From an uncultured Phycisphaerales bacterium (GTDB lineage: Bacteria; Planctomycetota; Phycisphaerae; Tepidisphaerales; Tepidisphaeraceae), in assembly GCA_963755915.1 (NCBI GenBank), contig CAVWLP010000002.1:128001-192000 (forward strand): a DNA stretch of 64,000 bases, read 5' to 3'. Made by a program: the position numbers and the translations under genes. This document shows positions 10,024 through 20,669 of the stretch, in pieces. The notes under the pieces were generated by a model. It saw nothing but the letters and a program-made list of their open reading frames with translations. It made no database searches and was not told the DNA's origin. How positions within the stretch are numbered: the first letter of the stretch is position 1; every line of letters starts with the position of its first letter.

Positions 10024-12273
10024 TCACCCCTCCGCAACCTTCTGCACCACCCCCTGCAACCTCTGAAAATTGATCGGCTTGGTGAGATGATCCGTAAACC
10101 CCGCCTCGCGGGTTTTGAGAATGTCTTCTTCCATTCCAAACCCCGTCAGCGCCACGGCCGGAAAATCGTTTTTACCTCGCTGGCGCAATTGCTGAATCAA
10201 ATCGATCCCCGTTCCATCCGGAAGCCCGATGTCGCTGAGCAGCAGATCGAACGGCTCCTCCGCGGCCACCAGCGCCGACGCCACCGAATCGGCCGTCCGC
10301 ACCTGGTGCCCAAGCCGCTCCAGCAGCCGGCTCATCACCCGCGAGGTGTCGTCGTGATCTTCCACCAGCAAAATCCTCAGCGGCCGCGTCGACCCCGCAG
10401 CGGGCCTGGGCGCCGCGCCCGGCTTTGAAGAGGGGATCGACGGCATCACCGGCGCGGAAGTTGTCGGCATCGAGATCGTGAACGTCGAGCCCTTCCCCAG
10501 CCCCTCGCTTTTAGCCGCGATGGTTCCGCCCTGGGCCTGCACGAACGCCTTGCTCAGGCTCAGCCCCAGTCCCAGCCCGCCATACTGCCGAACGATCTCT
10601 GCCGATCCCTGCTCGAACGGCTGGAAAATCCGCTTGATCGTCTCGGGCGTCATGCCGGTGCCGGTGTCGGTGATGTTGATCTCGACCCGGCCGCTCGCCG
10701 GGTTGAGGCACTTGATCTCGATTTTGCCGCCGGCCGGCGTGAACTTGGCGGCGTTTTTGAGGATGTTCCAGAAAACCTGCTGAAGCCGCCCGGCATCCGC
10801 CATCACAAATCGCGATTCGGCGTTGAGGTGCATCTCCAGCACGATCGACTTGGCGTTCAGATCGGACCGGTAGATCCGCGTCACCCCATCGAGCATGGCA
10901 TGAACGTCGACGGCTTCCATGTGCAGCGCCAGCTTACCACGCACGATGCGGGTAAGATCAAGCAGATCGTCGATCAATCGCGCTTCCAGCTCCGCACATC
11001 GCCGGAGCGTGCCTAGGTCCTCGCGAAACTCGACCGGAAACGACGGGTTCTGCGTCCAGGAGGTGAGCGTGACGACGACAGGCGTGAGCGGCGTGCGCAG
11101 CTCGTGCGAAAGAACGGCCAGAAAATTGTCCTTGGCCACGTTGGCGCTCTCGGCCTCTTCCTTGGCGTGCTGGAGGTTCTGCTCGAACTGTTTTCGCTCG
11201 GTGAAATCGCGGAAGACCAGCACAACGCCGTGAATGATCCCATCGTCCCCGCGGATCGGCGCCCCGCTGTCGTCGATGGGCAATTCGGAGCCGTCCTTGC
11301 GGATCAGCACCGTATGATTCGCCAATCCCTGCACCACACCGGTCTCCAGAACCTTTTCGACGGGATTAGGCACCGGCTTATGCGTCGTTTCGTTGACGAT
11401 CCGGAAAATCACCCCGCACGGTTTCCCGCCCGCTTCCGCGGAGGTCCATCCCGTGAGCTGCTCGGCGACGGCGTTCATGAAAACGATATTTCCTTTCGCG
11501 TCGGTGACGATCACCCCGTCGCCGATACTCGCCAGCGTTACTGCGGTCAGGCGCTGCTGGCGGGCCAAGTCATCGACCACAACTTCTCGCCGGCGCATTT
11601 CCTGCTGGATCTGGTTAAACGCCCAGGCGAGGAATATAAGGTTGATCCCGGCGGTAAAGGCAAATGCGAGTGTATGGATGTCGGTAACCCGCTCGGTCTT
11701 TTGCTGGACAGCGAGCTGCCGCTGCTCCCCCTGGTCGATCATGTGGGTGATCAGCGTGCGGATGTCGTCCATGAACTGCTTGCCGACGTTGGATTTGACG
11801 GTTGCCAATGCCGCCGCGGATCCTTCGGGACCCCGCTGCTGGTCGATGGTGAGTTTCAACTCCGCCATTTTTTCATGGCAAAGCTCCTGAAGCCGACTCA
11901 CGTCATCCTTATCCAGCAACCCTTCATTGACCCGCGCATCGAGATCGGCCAATTGCCCGTCCACCCGGCCGACTGCCGTGGTATAGGGCGCCAGATACGT
12001 CGAATTCCCCGTCAGGAGATAACCCCGCTGGCCGGTTTCAGCATCTTTTAAGGTGGAGAGCACTACGTTGAGGGCATCGACCGTGTTATGGACCCTCAGC
12101 AAAGACCGCCCATATTCAATCCGCACCTGGCCGATCCAGTAAGTGCCCGCCACGGTTGCGACCAGAAGCAGGGCCATGGCCCAGAAAAGGGTTTGGACGC
12201 TGAGCGTGGGGCGGATTCGCCGTTGTCGTACGAAGCCGTCGATCGTGAAATTTTCAGATTTTTCCATGCCCAT
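10024..12273 (-). CDS. Hybrid sensor histidine kinase (CHASE3-PAS-HisKA-HATPase-REC)
   Basis: DAETGQRGYLLTG, PAS, SHELRTPL, NAAKFT, GLGLGL, receiver LLLSDIGLPD. Confidence 0.95.
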   Translation of the reverse strand: MGMEKSENFTIDGFVRQRRIRPTLSVQTLFWAMALLLVATVAGTYWIGQVRIEYGRSLLRVHNTVDALNVVLSTLKDAETGQRGYLLTGNSTYLAPYTTAVGRVDGQLADLDARVNEGLLDKDDVSRLQELCHEKMAELKLTIDQQRGPEGSAAALATVKSNVGKQFMDDIRTLITHMIDQGEQRQLAVQQKTERVTDIHTLAFAFTAGINLIFLAWAFNQIQQEMRRREVVVDDLARQQRLTAVTLASIGDGVIVTDAKGNIVFMNAVAEQLTGWTSAEAGGKPCGVIFRIVNETTHKPVPNPVEKVLETGVVQGLANHTVLIRKDGSELPIDDSGAPIRGDDGIIHGVVLVFRDFTERKQFEQNLQHAKEEAESANVAKDNFLAVLSHELRTPLTPVVVTLTSWTQNPSFPVEFREDLGTLRRCAELEARLIDDLLDLTRIVRGKLALHMEAVDVHAMLDGVTRIYRSDLNAKSIVLEMHLNAESRFVMADAGRLQQVFWNILKNAAKFTPAGGKIEIKCLNPASGRVEINITDTGTGMTPETIKRIFQPFEQGSAEIVRQYGGLGLGLSLSKAFVQAQGGTIAAKSEGLGKGSTFTISMPTTSAPVMPSIPSSKPGAAPRPAAGSTRPLRILLVEDHDDTSRVMSRLLERLGHQVRTADSVASALVAAEEPFDLLLSDIGLPDGTGIDLIQQLRQRGKNDFPAVALTGFGMEEDILKTREAGFTDHLTKPINFQRLQGVVQKVAEG

Positions 12274-12363
12274 CGAAGTTGCGATAGTGATTTTCCGTTC
12301 CCCGTCAGTTATCGTATTTGGTTGGACTAATCCACGTCAAATGAGCAAGATACATAGAGCATA

Positions 12364-13191
12364 ATGCGACTGAGAACGACGATTTTTGATCCGGTCCAGC
12401 ACAGCCTACCTGTGAAGCTGGATTTGCCGGCGACCCAAAGCCCCCCGGCAGAGCCGACCACGGTTTTCCAGCAGCTCAAGTGTCTCATCATCGTTCCCGC
12501 CTTCAACGAAAGCCAATCGGTCGCGAAACTGGTGAACCGCCTGAATCGCGCCCTGCCGGATTGCCATATTCTTGTGATCGACGACGGCTCGACCGACGGC
12601 ACCGCCCGGCAAATCCCCCCCAGCGCCACGGTGGTGAGCCTGCCCTTTAACCTGGGCATCGGTGGGGCGATGCAGACGGGATATCGCTACGCGGCCTGCC
12701 ACGGCTACGACGTCGCCATCCAGGTCGACGGCGACGGGCAGCATCGGCCGTGCGAGGTGGAAAAACTGGTCCAGGCCCTGGTCAGCGGCCCGGCCGACCT
12801 GGTCGTCGGCTCGCGATTCCTGGCGGCGCCAAGTCTCGTCCCCTCCTTCACCCGCATGACGGGCATTCGGGTCCTTAGCGCCTGGATCCGCATTCTCACC
12901 GGTCTGAAAATCACCGACTGCACCAGCGGCTTCCGGGCAGCCAACCGCAAGGTCATTCTCGCCTACGCCCACTGGTATCCGGAAGATTATCCGGAGCCGG
13001 AGGTCGTGCTGCTGCTTCACCGCTCGAAATTCAAGGTTGTGGAAGTCGCCACGCGCATGCGCCGGCGAATGTACGGAAAGAGCAGCATCAGCCTTCTTCG
13101 CGGTCTGTATTATGTTTTGAAAGTCAGCTTCTGCCTCTTCCTCGACATGATCCGCCAGCCCTGGCCGAGCGGGAAAATTGACGTGCAGTGA
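12364..13191 (+). CDS. Glycosyltransferase family 2
   Basis: IIVPAFNE, IDDGSTD, VDGDGQH, DCTSGFRA. Confidence 0.9.
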   Translation: MRLRTTIFDPVQHSLPVKLDLPATQSPPAEPTTVFQQLKCLIIVPAFNESQSVAKLVNRLNRALPDCHILVIDDGSTDGTARQIPPSATVVSLPFNLGIGGAMQTGYRYAACHGYDVAIQVDGDGQHRPCEVEKLVQALVSGPADLVVGSRFLAAPSLVPSFTRMTGIRVLSAWIRILTGLKITDCTSGFRAANRKVILAYAHWYPEDYPEPEVVLLLHRSKFKVVEVATRMRRRMYGKSSISLLRGLYYVLKVSFCLFLDMIRQPWPSGKIDVQ

Positions 13192-13196
13192 CAAAT

Positions 13197-13222
13197 ATCC
13201 GTGAAATCCGTGTAATCCGTGG
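13197..13222. repeat. Short 9-mer tandem repeat
   Basis: Three copies of ATCCGTG at 9-nt spacing, intergenic. Confidence 0.6.
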
Positions 13223-13252
13223 TTCTCTTCTTTTTTTCCTGTTTGAGCCTGC

Positions 13253-13639
13253 ATGGCCGCGAGAATCATCCTCATCTGTTTCGGAGCGACGGTGATGATC
13301 GTCGCCGTTCGGCGGATGCGTTCCTATCGGCTCAAGGAACGCCACATGATTCTTTTCCTGCTCACCGGGCTGCCATTTTTGCTCCTGGCGGTCTGGCCGT
13401 CGGCGATCGGCTGGGTCGGGCACAAGCTGGGCGTTCAATATCAAACTGTCTCCCTCCTGTGCGTGGCGGCATTTTTTATCCTGGTGATTTTCGAGCTGCT
13501 CACCATCGTCAGCCTCCAGGACCGTAAGATTGCCACGCTGGCGCAGATCGTCGGCATCCTGATGGAAAAGCACGGCATGGGCGACCGCCCCACCGGCGAG
13601 GGCAAGCCGGCCGAGTCCTCCGATCCGGCGCACCGATGA
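13253..13639 (+). CDS. DUF2304-like membrane protein
   Basis: Three TM segments and KIATLAQIVGI, located between GT2 genes. Confidence 0.75.
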   Translation: MAARIILICFGATVMIVAVRRMRSYRLKERHMILFLLTGLPFLLLAVWPSAIGWVGHKLGVQYQTVSLLCVAAFFILVIFELLTIVSLQDRKIATLAQIVGILMEKHGMGDRPTGEGKPAESSDPAHR

Positions 13640-13640
13640 T

Positions 13641-14694
13641 ATGACACGCCTCGCGATCCTGATCGCATGCTTCAACGGCCGCAAATACATCGCCGATTGC
13701 CTGCGCTCGCTTCAGAAGGCCGCCACTGCCGACGCTGAAATCTCCATCATCGTCATCGACAACGCCAGCACCGACGGCAGCGCCGATTTCGTCGCGGCGG
13801 AATTCCCAAATGTCGAGCTGATTCGCCTCCCTGACAACCGCGGCTTCGCGGGCGGCATCAACGCCGGCTGGCGACATGCGCGAGAAATTCTCCAATCTCA
13901 AGTACGTCGCCCTCATCAACCAGGACGTCACCGTCGCCCCCAACTGGCTCGCCCCTCTTCTTGCCCATCTCGATTCGAACCCTTCCACGGCCGCCGTCCA
14001 ACCCAAGGTGCTTCTCGCCGACCCTCCCAACCGCTTCAACACCGCCGGCAATCGCAGCCACTATCTCGGGTTCGGCCTCGTCACTGCCTACGGGCAGATC
14101 GACGACGGCTCCCACGACCAGATCTGCGAAATCGACTTCCCCTCCGGCGCCGCCGCCGTCATCCGCGCCGAAGCGCTGGGCAACGCCGACATCTTCGACG
14201 ATCTCTACTTCCTCTACCTCGAAGACGCCGAACTCGGCTGGAAACTCCGCCAGTTCGGCTTGAAAATCCACTTTATCCCCGCATCCGTCGTCTGGCACCA
14301 GTACGAATACCGCCATGATTACAAATTCTATTTCTACCTCGAGCGCAACCGCTGGTATCTGCTGGCGACGTATTTTAAGCTCCCCACGCTGCTGATTCTT
14401 CTGCCCGCGATCATCGCCATGGAATTCGGCCAGCTCTATTTCGCCTGGCGCAACGGCGTGCTAGGCCAGAAGCTGGCCGCCTATCGCTTCTTCCTGTGCC
14501 GAAAGAACCTGGCAAGGCTGCTGGAACATCGCCGCCGCGCTCAGGATCGCCGGCGGATCGACGACCGCCAGTTCGTCCGCACTTTCGTATCGGAAATCGA
14601 TCTCCCCGAATTGCGCAGCACAATCCTTCGCCGGATCGGCAACCCCCTGCTACGGACCTATTGGCACATCGTGCGTCCGCTCATCATCTGGTAA
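13641..14694 (+). CDS. Glycosyltransferase family 2, frameshifted near 13885
   Basis: IDNASTD and NRGFAGG in the first frame; LINQD, FLYLEDAE and YLERNR in the second. Confidence 0.85.
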
Positions 14695-16281
14695 CGCAAA
14701 CCGCGCCCGTTCCAGCGTCAGCGGCGGAAGATTGGGGCCGCGGTTCACGGTAATCAGCGGATCGCCATACGCATAAACCTGCGCCCGCTTCAACCATCGC
14801 TTATATTCGATGTCCGCCGGATCGAGAATCACCAGCATGTGCCCGTTCTTCGCCTTGATCGGCTCGTTGAATTCATAAAACATCCGATCCGACAAAAACG
14901 CCATGATGCGAGCCAATTTCTCCGGGCAGAGGATCACGTCTTCCTGCGTTGTCTGGGCCGGGATCTGCTCGGCCATCTGCACGACCGGCGCAAATTTCCC
15001 ATTCTGATACCCGTCGAGAAACGGAATCCACCTCTGGTGAATCACAAACCCGCCGAGCAGAATTGCGTTGGGAACCGTCCCAAGCACGACCAGCAACAAA
15101 AATATCCAGTTACCCACCGGCGTGGGAAACCGCAGGTTGAATCGCCGGATGACGTCCCACCACCCCAGCACGATCAGCGGGAGAATCGGCAGAAGATACC
15201 GGTCGTCCGAAACCGTCATCAAAAGCGTCGCCATCAGGGCGATTACCCACAGCCCCCAGAGCATGCGTTTGCGGATCAGCGCCACGGCCGCGGCGATGAT
15301 GCAAAACCCAAAAATCGCGTTGGGCCACCACCAGCCCCCCAGCCGCAAACCGAACGCGGCCTTCGCGATCAGCGGATTCAAAAGCCTCCCGAGATTCAGC
15401 TCGATCGCGTTCCGCAGATCGTCGAAATGCGTGAGCTGATGCACTGCATACTGGAGATACCCGCTGACCAGCCCATGCCCCCGCCGGCGCGGATCGAAAA
15501 CGAAGAAGACCACCAAAATCGCCGCGCACAGCGCAATCGCGCCGGCCGCCTTCAAATTTCGCCGAACCACCGCGGCAAACCCCAGCGAGACAAACCACGC
15601 CGCCAGGAACGCGATCATGACCGGCCGCGTGGTGATAAGAACGATCAGCCCGCCGATCAGCAGCGCCCAATCCCACCACCGCGCCCGGCGCGACGGGCTC
15701 GAATGAAAAACCCCTTCATGCCCCGCCAGCACTGCCATCACGCCGGTTAGAAATGGCATGTCCGTGAGGACCGAGAAGGCGTATCGATAAAACTCGGTGG
15801 TGATCGCCACCGCACAGGTCACCAGCAGCGCCGTCTTTCGGTCATACGCCAGCAGCACCAGCCGATAGACCAGTGCCAGCGCCACCACCCCGCACACCCA
15901 CATCAGCAGGTCGGCGGCAAGAATAATGTGGTCCGGGAACAGCCGGTAAAACGCCGCCAGCGCCATCGGAACACCGGGACACGCCGTGTCGTGCAGCACG
16001 CCGCCAAACGTATATCCCCACCCCCGTGCCAGGTTTCGTGCCAGGCAAAGATAAAGCGCACTATCCGGCTGAAGCAGCCATTGCCCGTTGAACCCCAGCA
16101 GATAAACCGCCGCGACCGCAAGCAGGATCGCCCTGCGATGGCGATCAAGAAAATCCATGAGCTGTTGACACAGCGCCTCGGACGGCGCGGCGTCAGTGAC
16201 GGTCGCCGCCGGTTGTGCGTTATCGCTCGCCTTACCGCCTACTTCGTCGGCAGGCTTCGAATGAATCGCCGAAATGTTCAT
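14650..16281 (-). CDS. Multi-pass membrane glycosyltransferase (ArnT/PMT-like)
   Basis: DSALYLCLARNLA, VLTDMPF, RYLLP; many TM helices. Confidence 0.65.
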   Translation of the reverse strand: MNISAIHSKPADEVGGKASDNAQPAATVTDAAPSEALCQQLMDFLDRHRRAILLAVAAVYLLGFNGQWLLQPDSALYLCLARNLARGWGYTFGGVLHDTACPGVPMALAAFYRLFPDHIILAADLLMWVCGVVALALVYRLVLLAYDRKTALLVTCAVAITTEFYRYAFSVLTDMPFLTGVMAVLAGHEGVFHSSPSRRARWWDWALLIGGLIVLITTRPVMIAFLAAWFVSLGFAAVVRRNLKAAGAIALCAAILVVFFVFDPRRRGHGLVSGYLQYAVHQLTHFDDLRNAIELNLGRLLNPLIAKAAFGLRLGGWWWPNAIFGFCIIAAAVALIRKRMLWGLWVIALMATLLMTVSDDRYLLPILPLIVLGWWDVIRRFNLRFPTPVGNWIFLLLVVLGTVPNAILLGGFVIHQRWIPFLDGYQNGKFAPVVQMAEQIPAQTTQEDVILCPEKLARIMAFLSDRMFYEFNEPIKAKNGHMLVILDPADIEYKRWLKRAQVYAYGDPLITVNRGPNLPPLTLERARFALPDDERTHDVPIGP

Positions 16282-16450
16282 TCAGTTGAATTTCTACTAT
16301 ATCGCAAAATAGTAAATTCCGAACCGCCGAATTTTCTCACAGTGAGATAGGGGCGTCCCGCCCCACGGCCTCCAGCCTATGCGGGGTACCGCTCCTCGCC
16401 TCCGGCTGCGGCTTGGCAATCGGCAATCGGCATTGTTAATGTCTCTCCCA

Positions 16451-17650
16451 ATGGAGGTCCCCTCCTCTTCCCCCCAAGGCCTTCCCCGCCGTATTGGCCG
16501 GATTCCTCGGCTGGTCACTCGATGCCTTCGATTTCTTCATCGTGGTCATGACCCTGCCGCACATCGCCCACGATTTTCACAAAACCGATGCCGAGATGGC
16601 CCTGGCGCTCACAGTGACGCTCGCCTTCAGGCCCGTTGCGCTCTCATCTTCGGCCTGATCGCCGACCGATGGGGCCGGCGAATCCCCCTTATGATCGACC
16701 TGGTCTTCTATTCCATCGTCGAAGTCCTCTCCGGCATGGCGCCGAATTTCACCACATTCCTTATCCTCCGCGCCCTCTTCGGCATCGGCATGGGAGGCGA
16801 ATGGGGCGTCGGCGCATCGCTCATCATGGAAAAAGTCCCCGCCAAATTCCGCGGCGTCCTTTCAGGAATCCTTCAGGAAGGCTACGCCTTCGGCTACCTC
16901 GCCGCCGCCATCGCCTACGAATTCGTCTTCCCCCACTTCGGCTGGCGTGTGATGTTCTATATCGGCGGCGTCCCCGCAATCTTGGCCGTCTTCGTCCGCT
17001 TCGCGGTGAAAGAATCGGAAGTCTGGCAAAAGAACAAAGCCGATTCCTGGCAAAACCTCGCCCGCGGCCTCGTTGCCCACTGGCCGATCTTCCTCTACCT
17101 CGTCGCCCTGATGTCGATGTTCAACCTCGCCTCGCACGGCACCCAAGATCTTTACCCCACATTCCTGCTGCGCTACCTTGGCCTGAGTGTGGACACAAAA
17201 GCCACCCTCGTTGAGATCTCGATGATCGGCGCCATCCTGGGCGGCATCTTCTTCGGCCTTCTCTCCGACCGCATCGGCCGAAGAAAGTCCATGATCATCG
17301 CCTTCGCGTTGGCGATCGTGGCTATCCCCTTCTGGGCCATGCCTGGCGCGGTTGCCAAGCTCGCCGCCGGCGCGTTCGCGCTTCAGTTCATGGTCCAAGG
17401 CGCCTGGGGCGTCATCCCCGCCCACATCAACGAGCTTTCGCCGAACCACATCCGCGGCTCCATGCCCGGCTTCGCCTACCAATGCGGCAACCTGGTCGCC
17501 AGCGGCATCGTCCTGCTGGAAGCATCGCTGGCCGCGAAGCACAACTACGCCACGGTCATGGCCGCCAGCGCGGCGACGATCTTTATCGTCGCCATCCTGG
17601 TCACCGCCGTCGGGCCCGAAAAACGCGGACAGGAGTTCGCCTCAGGCTAG
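16451..17650 (+). CDS. MFS carboxylate/sialate:H+ symporter (NanT/JEN-like), frameshifts in the 5' part
   Basis: GWSLDAFDF (alternate frame), ADRWGRR, GIGMGGEWG, SHGTQDLYPT. Confidence 0.85.
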   Translation: MEVPSSSPQGLPRRIGRIPRLVTRCLRFLHRGHDPAAHRPRFSQNRCRDGPGAHSDARLQARCALIFGLIADRWGRRIPLMIDLVFYSIVEVLSGMAPNFTTFLILRALFGIGMGGEWGVGASLIMEKVPAKFRGVLSGILQEGYAFGYLAAAIAYEFVFPHFGWRVMFYIGGVPAILAVFVRFAVKESEVWQKNKADSWQNLARGLVAHWPIFLYLVALMSMFNLASHGTQDLYPTFLLRYLGLSVDTKATLVEISMIGAILGGIFFGLLSDRIGRRKSMIIAFALAIVAIPFWAMPGAVAKLAAGAFALQFMVQGAWGVIPAHINELSPNHIRGSMPGFAYQCGNLVASGIVLLEASLAAKHNYATVMAASAATIFIVAILVTAVGPEKRGQEFASG

Positions 17651-17656
17651 CGCCCG

Positions 17657-18841
17657 CTATTGCACCACGCTCTGATTCTCCGCCCGCTTCGCCGCTTCCT
17701 GCAAGCCGCAGATTTCCTCCCCGCACGCCATCGGCGACTGTCCCGCGGGCACCGGCGCCTCAGGGCAATCCTGCGGCCGCGAGGGCAGCCCATACCCGCT
17801 GCGCAGCAACCGCCGGTGCTGAAGAATCTGCCGCATGTCGTTCTTGGTCCCGATCGCCGCTGGATGGTGCGCCACCGCGTCGCTGAGCATCGCCCAGGAA
17901 ACCTGCGAGGCGATCGCGCTGTCGCGCGCCGTCGGCATGCCAAGGTTCTTTCCCGCAAAAACCGATCGCGCGAAAATGTCGATCATCACGTCCAGCTTCT
18001 TGTCGTTGAACAGCGCGGTCTTGCGCACCGTCGCATTCATGCCATGCAGCTCGATCGTCGCGTCGATGAAATCATGGTGCATCCGGCAAATCCCCTTGGT
18101 CCCAATCACATCCACGTAGCAGTTATGCGTCTTTTCCTTGGCCAAATGGCCATAGACAAATCCCTGGGTGATATCGAACACCACGCCGTTTTTGAATTGG
18201 CCGTGGGCGTTGATCCACCAGGGATATGTGTGGTCCCACATGCGAACGCCCTGCGCGTGCCAGGTGTCGTATTCGCTTTTGGCATACCAGCGGGCGAGAT
18301 CGACGTAATGCATCCCGCAGTCGTGAAACGGCGGCCCCTCCGGCTCGTGCCCCTCGGTGGGCATGTGCCCCGGCGTCATATGGCACACCCGCACGATCGC
18401 CAAATCGCCGATCTCCCCCTCGGCGATGAACGCCAGCATATCCTTGTGATACCACGCATTCCGATTGAAAAGATTCACCGCAACGAACCGATCGCTTGAT
18501 TCGATCTCCTCAACAAGCTTCCATTCCGTTTCGATATCCGCCCCCAGCGGTTTTTCCGCCAGGATATGCTTATTGAATCGCAGCGCCGTGCGAATCTGCT
18601 GCGGCCGCGCATCGGCAAGCGTGAAGAGCCCGACCACGTCGATCGAAGGATCGGAGAAAATCGGCTCCGGATCGGAAAGGATTTTAGCCCCCGGCGCCGA
18701 TCGGCCCGCCAGTTCCCGGGCGCGCTCAGAGGTGTCGCAGATCGCGACGATTTCCCACGCATCGCTCTGCTGCATGGCCGCGACAAAGCCCCGGCCCATA
18801 CGCCCATATCCCACAATTCCAACCCGCAAACGACGACTCAT
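17657..18841 (-). CDS. Gfo/Idh/MocA oxidoreductase
   Basis: VGIVGYGRMG, AEKP, DCGMHYVD. Confidence 0.9.
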   Translation of the reverse strand: MSRRLRVGIVGYGRMGRGFVAAMQQSDAWEIVAICDTSERARELAGRSAPGAKILSDPEPIFSDPSIDVVGLFTLADARPQQIRTALRFNKHILAEKPLGADIETEWKLVEEIESSDRFVAVNLFNRNAWYHKDMLAFIAEGEIGDLAIVRVCHMTPGHMPTEGHEPEGPPFHDCGMHYVDLARWYAKSEYDTWHAQGVRMWDHTYPWWINAHGQFKNGVVFDITQGFVYGHLAKEKTHNCYVDVIGTKGICRMHHDFIDATIELHGMNATVRKTALFNDKKLDVMIDIFARSVFAGKNLGMPTARDSAIASQVSWAMLSDAVAHHPAAIGTKNDMRQILQHRRLLRSGYGLPSRPQDCPEAPVPAGQSPMACGEEICGLQEAAKRAENQSVVQ

Positions 18842-19127
18842 TGCTTTATCTCCGAATGAACGAGCCCGGTTTCATCCCTTGATCGTGCCCATATGGATGC
18901 CCATGACCAGGTGGCGCAAAAGCGCAACCAATACAATTACCACAGTTACTATCGACATGGTAGTTGCTCACCAAAACGAGGAGGGCCAGGGCGATTAATC
19001 CGGGCCCGCACGTCGCATCTATTATATCCCATAAAAGCCGCCATTTACCGGGTCCCCCGTTGTCGCATTTAAGGAAAGCGACCTCAGCGATTCCCCTGTT
19101 TGTCCAACGCGAAACTCCACGGTAGCT

Positions 19128-20171
19128 TTGGCGACTGACATGGGGTCACGCGCTTGGACAACCGCCCTGCTGCTGGCGTGGATTTGCCTTCCACGTCCGG
19201 CCATTTCGCAAACGCCCTACGCCCCCGCCCCAGGCCCCTTTTCGGTCAAAACAGAAGCGCTCAACTGGCACGACGCCCAGCGCAACCGCGACGTCCCCGT
19301 GCGGATCTATTATCCCGATTCCCCCCAAGGCAAATTCCCCATCATCATCTTCTCCCACGGCGTGGGCGGCTCGCGCGACGGCTACGCCTACCTCGGCGAA
19401 TTCTGGGCCGGCTTCGGTTATGTCTGCGTCCACGTCCAGCACGTCGGCTCCGACACCTCCATCTGGCAGGACCTCCCAGCCGATGAAATTTCTGCCGCCA
19501 TGCGGCGAGCGACCGTCAGCCCCCGCAACATTCGCAACCGGCCGCTGGACGTCAGCTTCGCCATCGACCAACTCACAAATCTCAACCAGACCGATCCAAT
19601 TTTCAAGGATCGCCTCGATCTCGATCGCATCGGCGTCGCCGGTCACTCCTTCGGCGCCTTCACCACGCTCGCCGTCGCCGGCGAGGTCTTCACCACTTCG
19701 CGCGGCACAAAATTGATGTGGCCGGATTCGCGCGTGAAAGCCGCCATCGCCATGAGCGAATCACCCCCACCCGACCCGTCCACCTGGGACGACGCCTTCC
19801 CCCACATCGCCATTCCCATGATGCACATGACCGGCACAATCGACGACAACCCCTTCGGCGACTCCAAGGCCGCCGTTCGTCGCGTGCCATTCGACCATAT
19901 CCCACCAGTCGCCGACCAATACCTGATCATCCTCCAGGGCGGCGACCACATGGTCTTTTCGGGCCGTACCCAGCAGGGCGAGCCAATGTCCGGCACCGGC
20001 AACCCCGCCCTCGACCCCACGTTTCAGGTCCTGATCCAGCAATCGACAACCGCGTTCTGGGATGCCTATCTGAAATCCGACGCCAGGGCCCAGGACTGGT
20101 TGCAAACCGGCGGATGCAAACAAATGCTGGGCGCGAACGCGGCATTTGAGATGCATCCGAAGAAGGGGTGA
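19128..20171 (+). CDS. Secreted alpha/beta hydrolase
   Basis: Signal peptide, FSHGVGG, GHSFG nucleophile elbow, GGDHMVF. Confidence 0.85.
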   Translation: MATDMGSRAWTTALLLAWICLPRPAISQTPYAPAPGPFSVKTEALNWHDAQRNRDVPVRIYYPDSPQGKFPIIIFSHGVGGSRDGYAYLGEFWAGFGYVCVHVQHVGSDTSIWQDLPADEISAAMRRATVSPRNIRNRPLDVSFAIDQLTNLNQTDPIFKDRLDLDRIGVAGHSFGAFTTLAVAGEVFTTSRGTKLMWPDSRVKAAIAMSESPPPDPSTWDDAFPHIAIPMMHMTGTIDDNPFGDSKAAVRRVPFDHIPPVADQYLIILQGGDHMVFSGRTQQGEPMSGTGNPALDPTFQVLIQQSTTAFWDAYLKSDARAQDWLQTGGCKQMLGANAAFEMHPKKG

Positions 20172-20222
20172 ATGGATCGGCGGAATTTTCGATGGTGTCA
20201 TTGTCTGAGATTCCGGCCACCT

Positions 20223-20498
20223 CTATTTCGCAAACCAGCCCTTTTTCCTATTCTGAGCCGGCTTCCAATTCCGATGCGCGTGCCGCCATGCTTCTTCGCT
20301 TTCATACGAGATAACGAGTTTGATTTTGTCCATAGGAATGGTCGTCGTAGTACCGACAAGCCATTCACGATTCTCAATGGTTAACGTTTTCCCACGAATG
20401 CACGGCAGGCCAAAAAACTCAACCCGCTTAGCTTCCGTTATGACCCAGTGCTCGTTCGCCAAACCGACAATGTGAAAAGAATTTATCTCTTTGGCCAT
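20223..20498 (-). CDS. Hypothetical protein
   Basis: 91-aa ATG-started ORF filling the gap between genes. Confidence 0.5.
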   Translation of the reverse strand: MAKEINSFHIVGLANEHWVITEAKRVEFFGLPCIRGKTLTIENREWLVGTTTTIPMDKIKLVISYESEEAWRHAHRNWKPAQNRKKGWFAK

Positions 20499-20669
20499 GG
20501 TTGGATTTTACCATCCGCGCCCGTGTGCGGATGGCTGACGGAAGAAATCGAAACCCTGCGCCATAAACTGCGGGAACCAATCACCCGCAGTCCCCTCGGA
20601 GATTCGCCTTGGACGGTTAGATGGCATGTTGGTTGTCGGGCTAGCCACCGTCGACTAAACCCGACAACC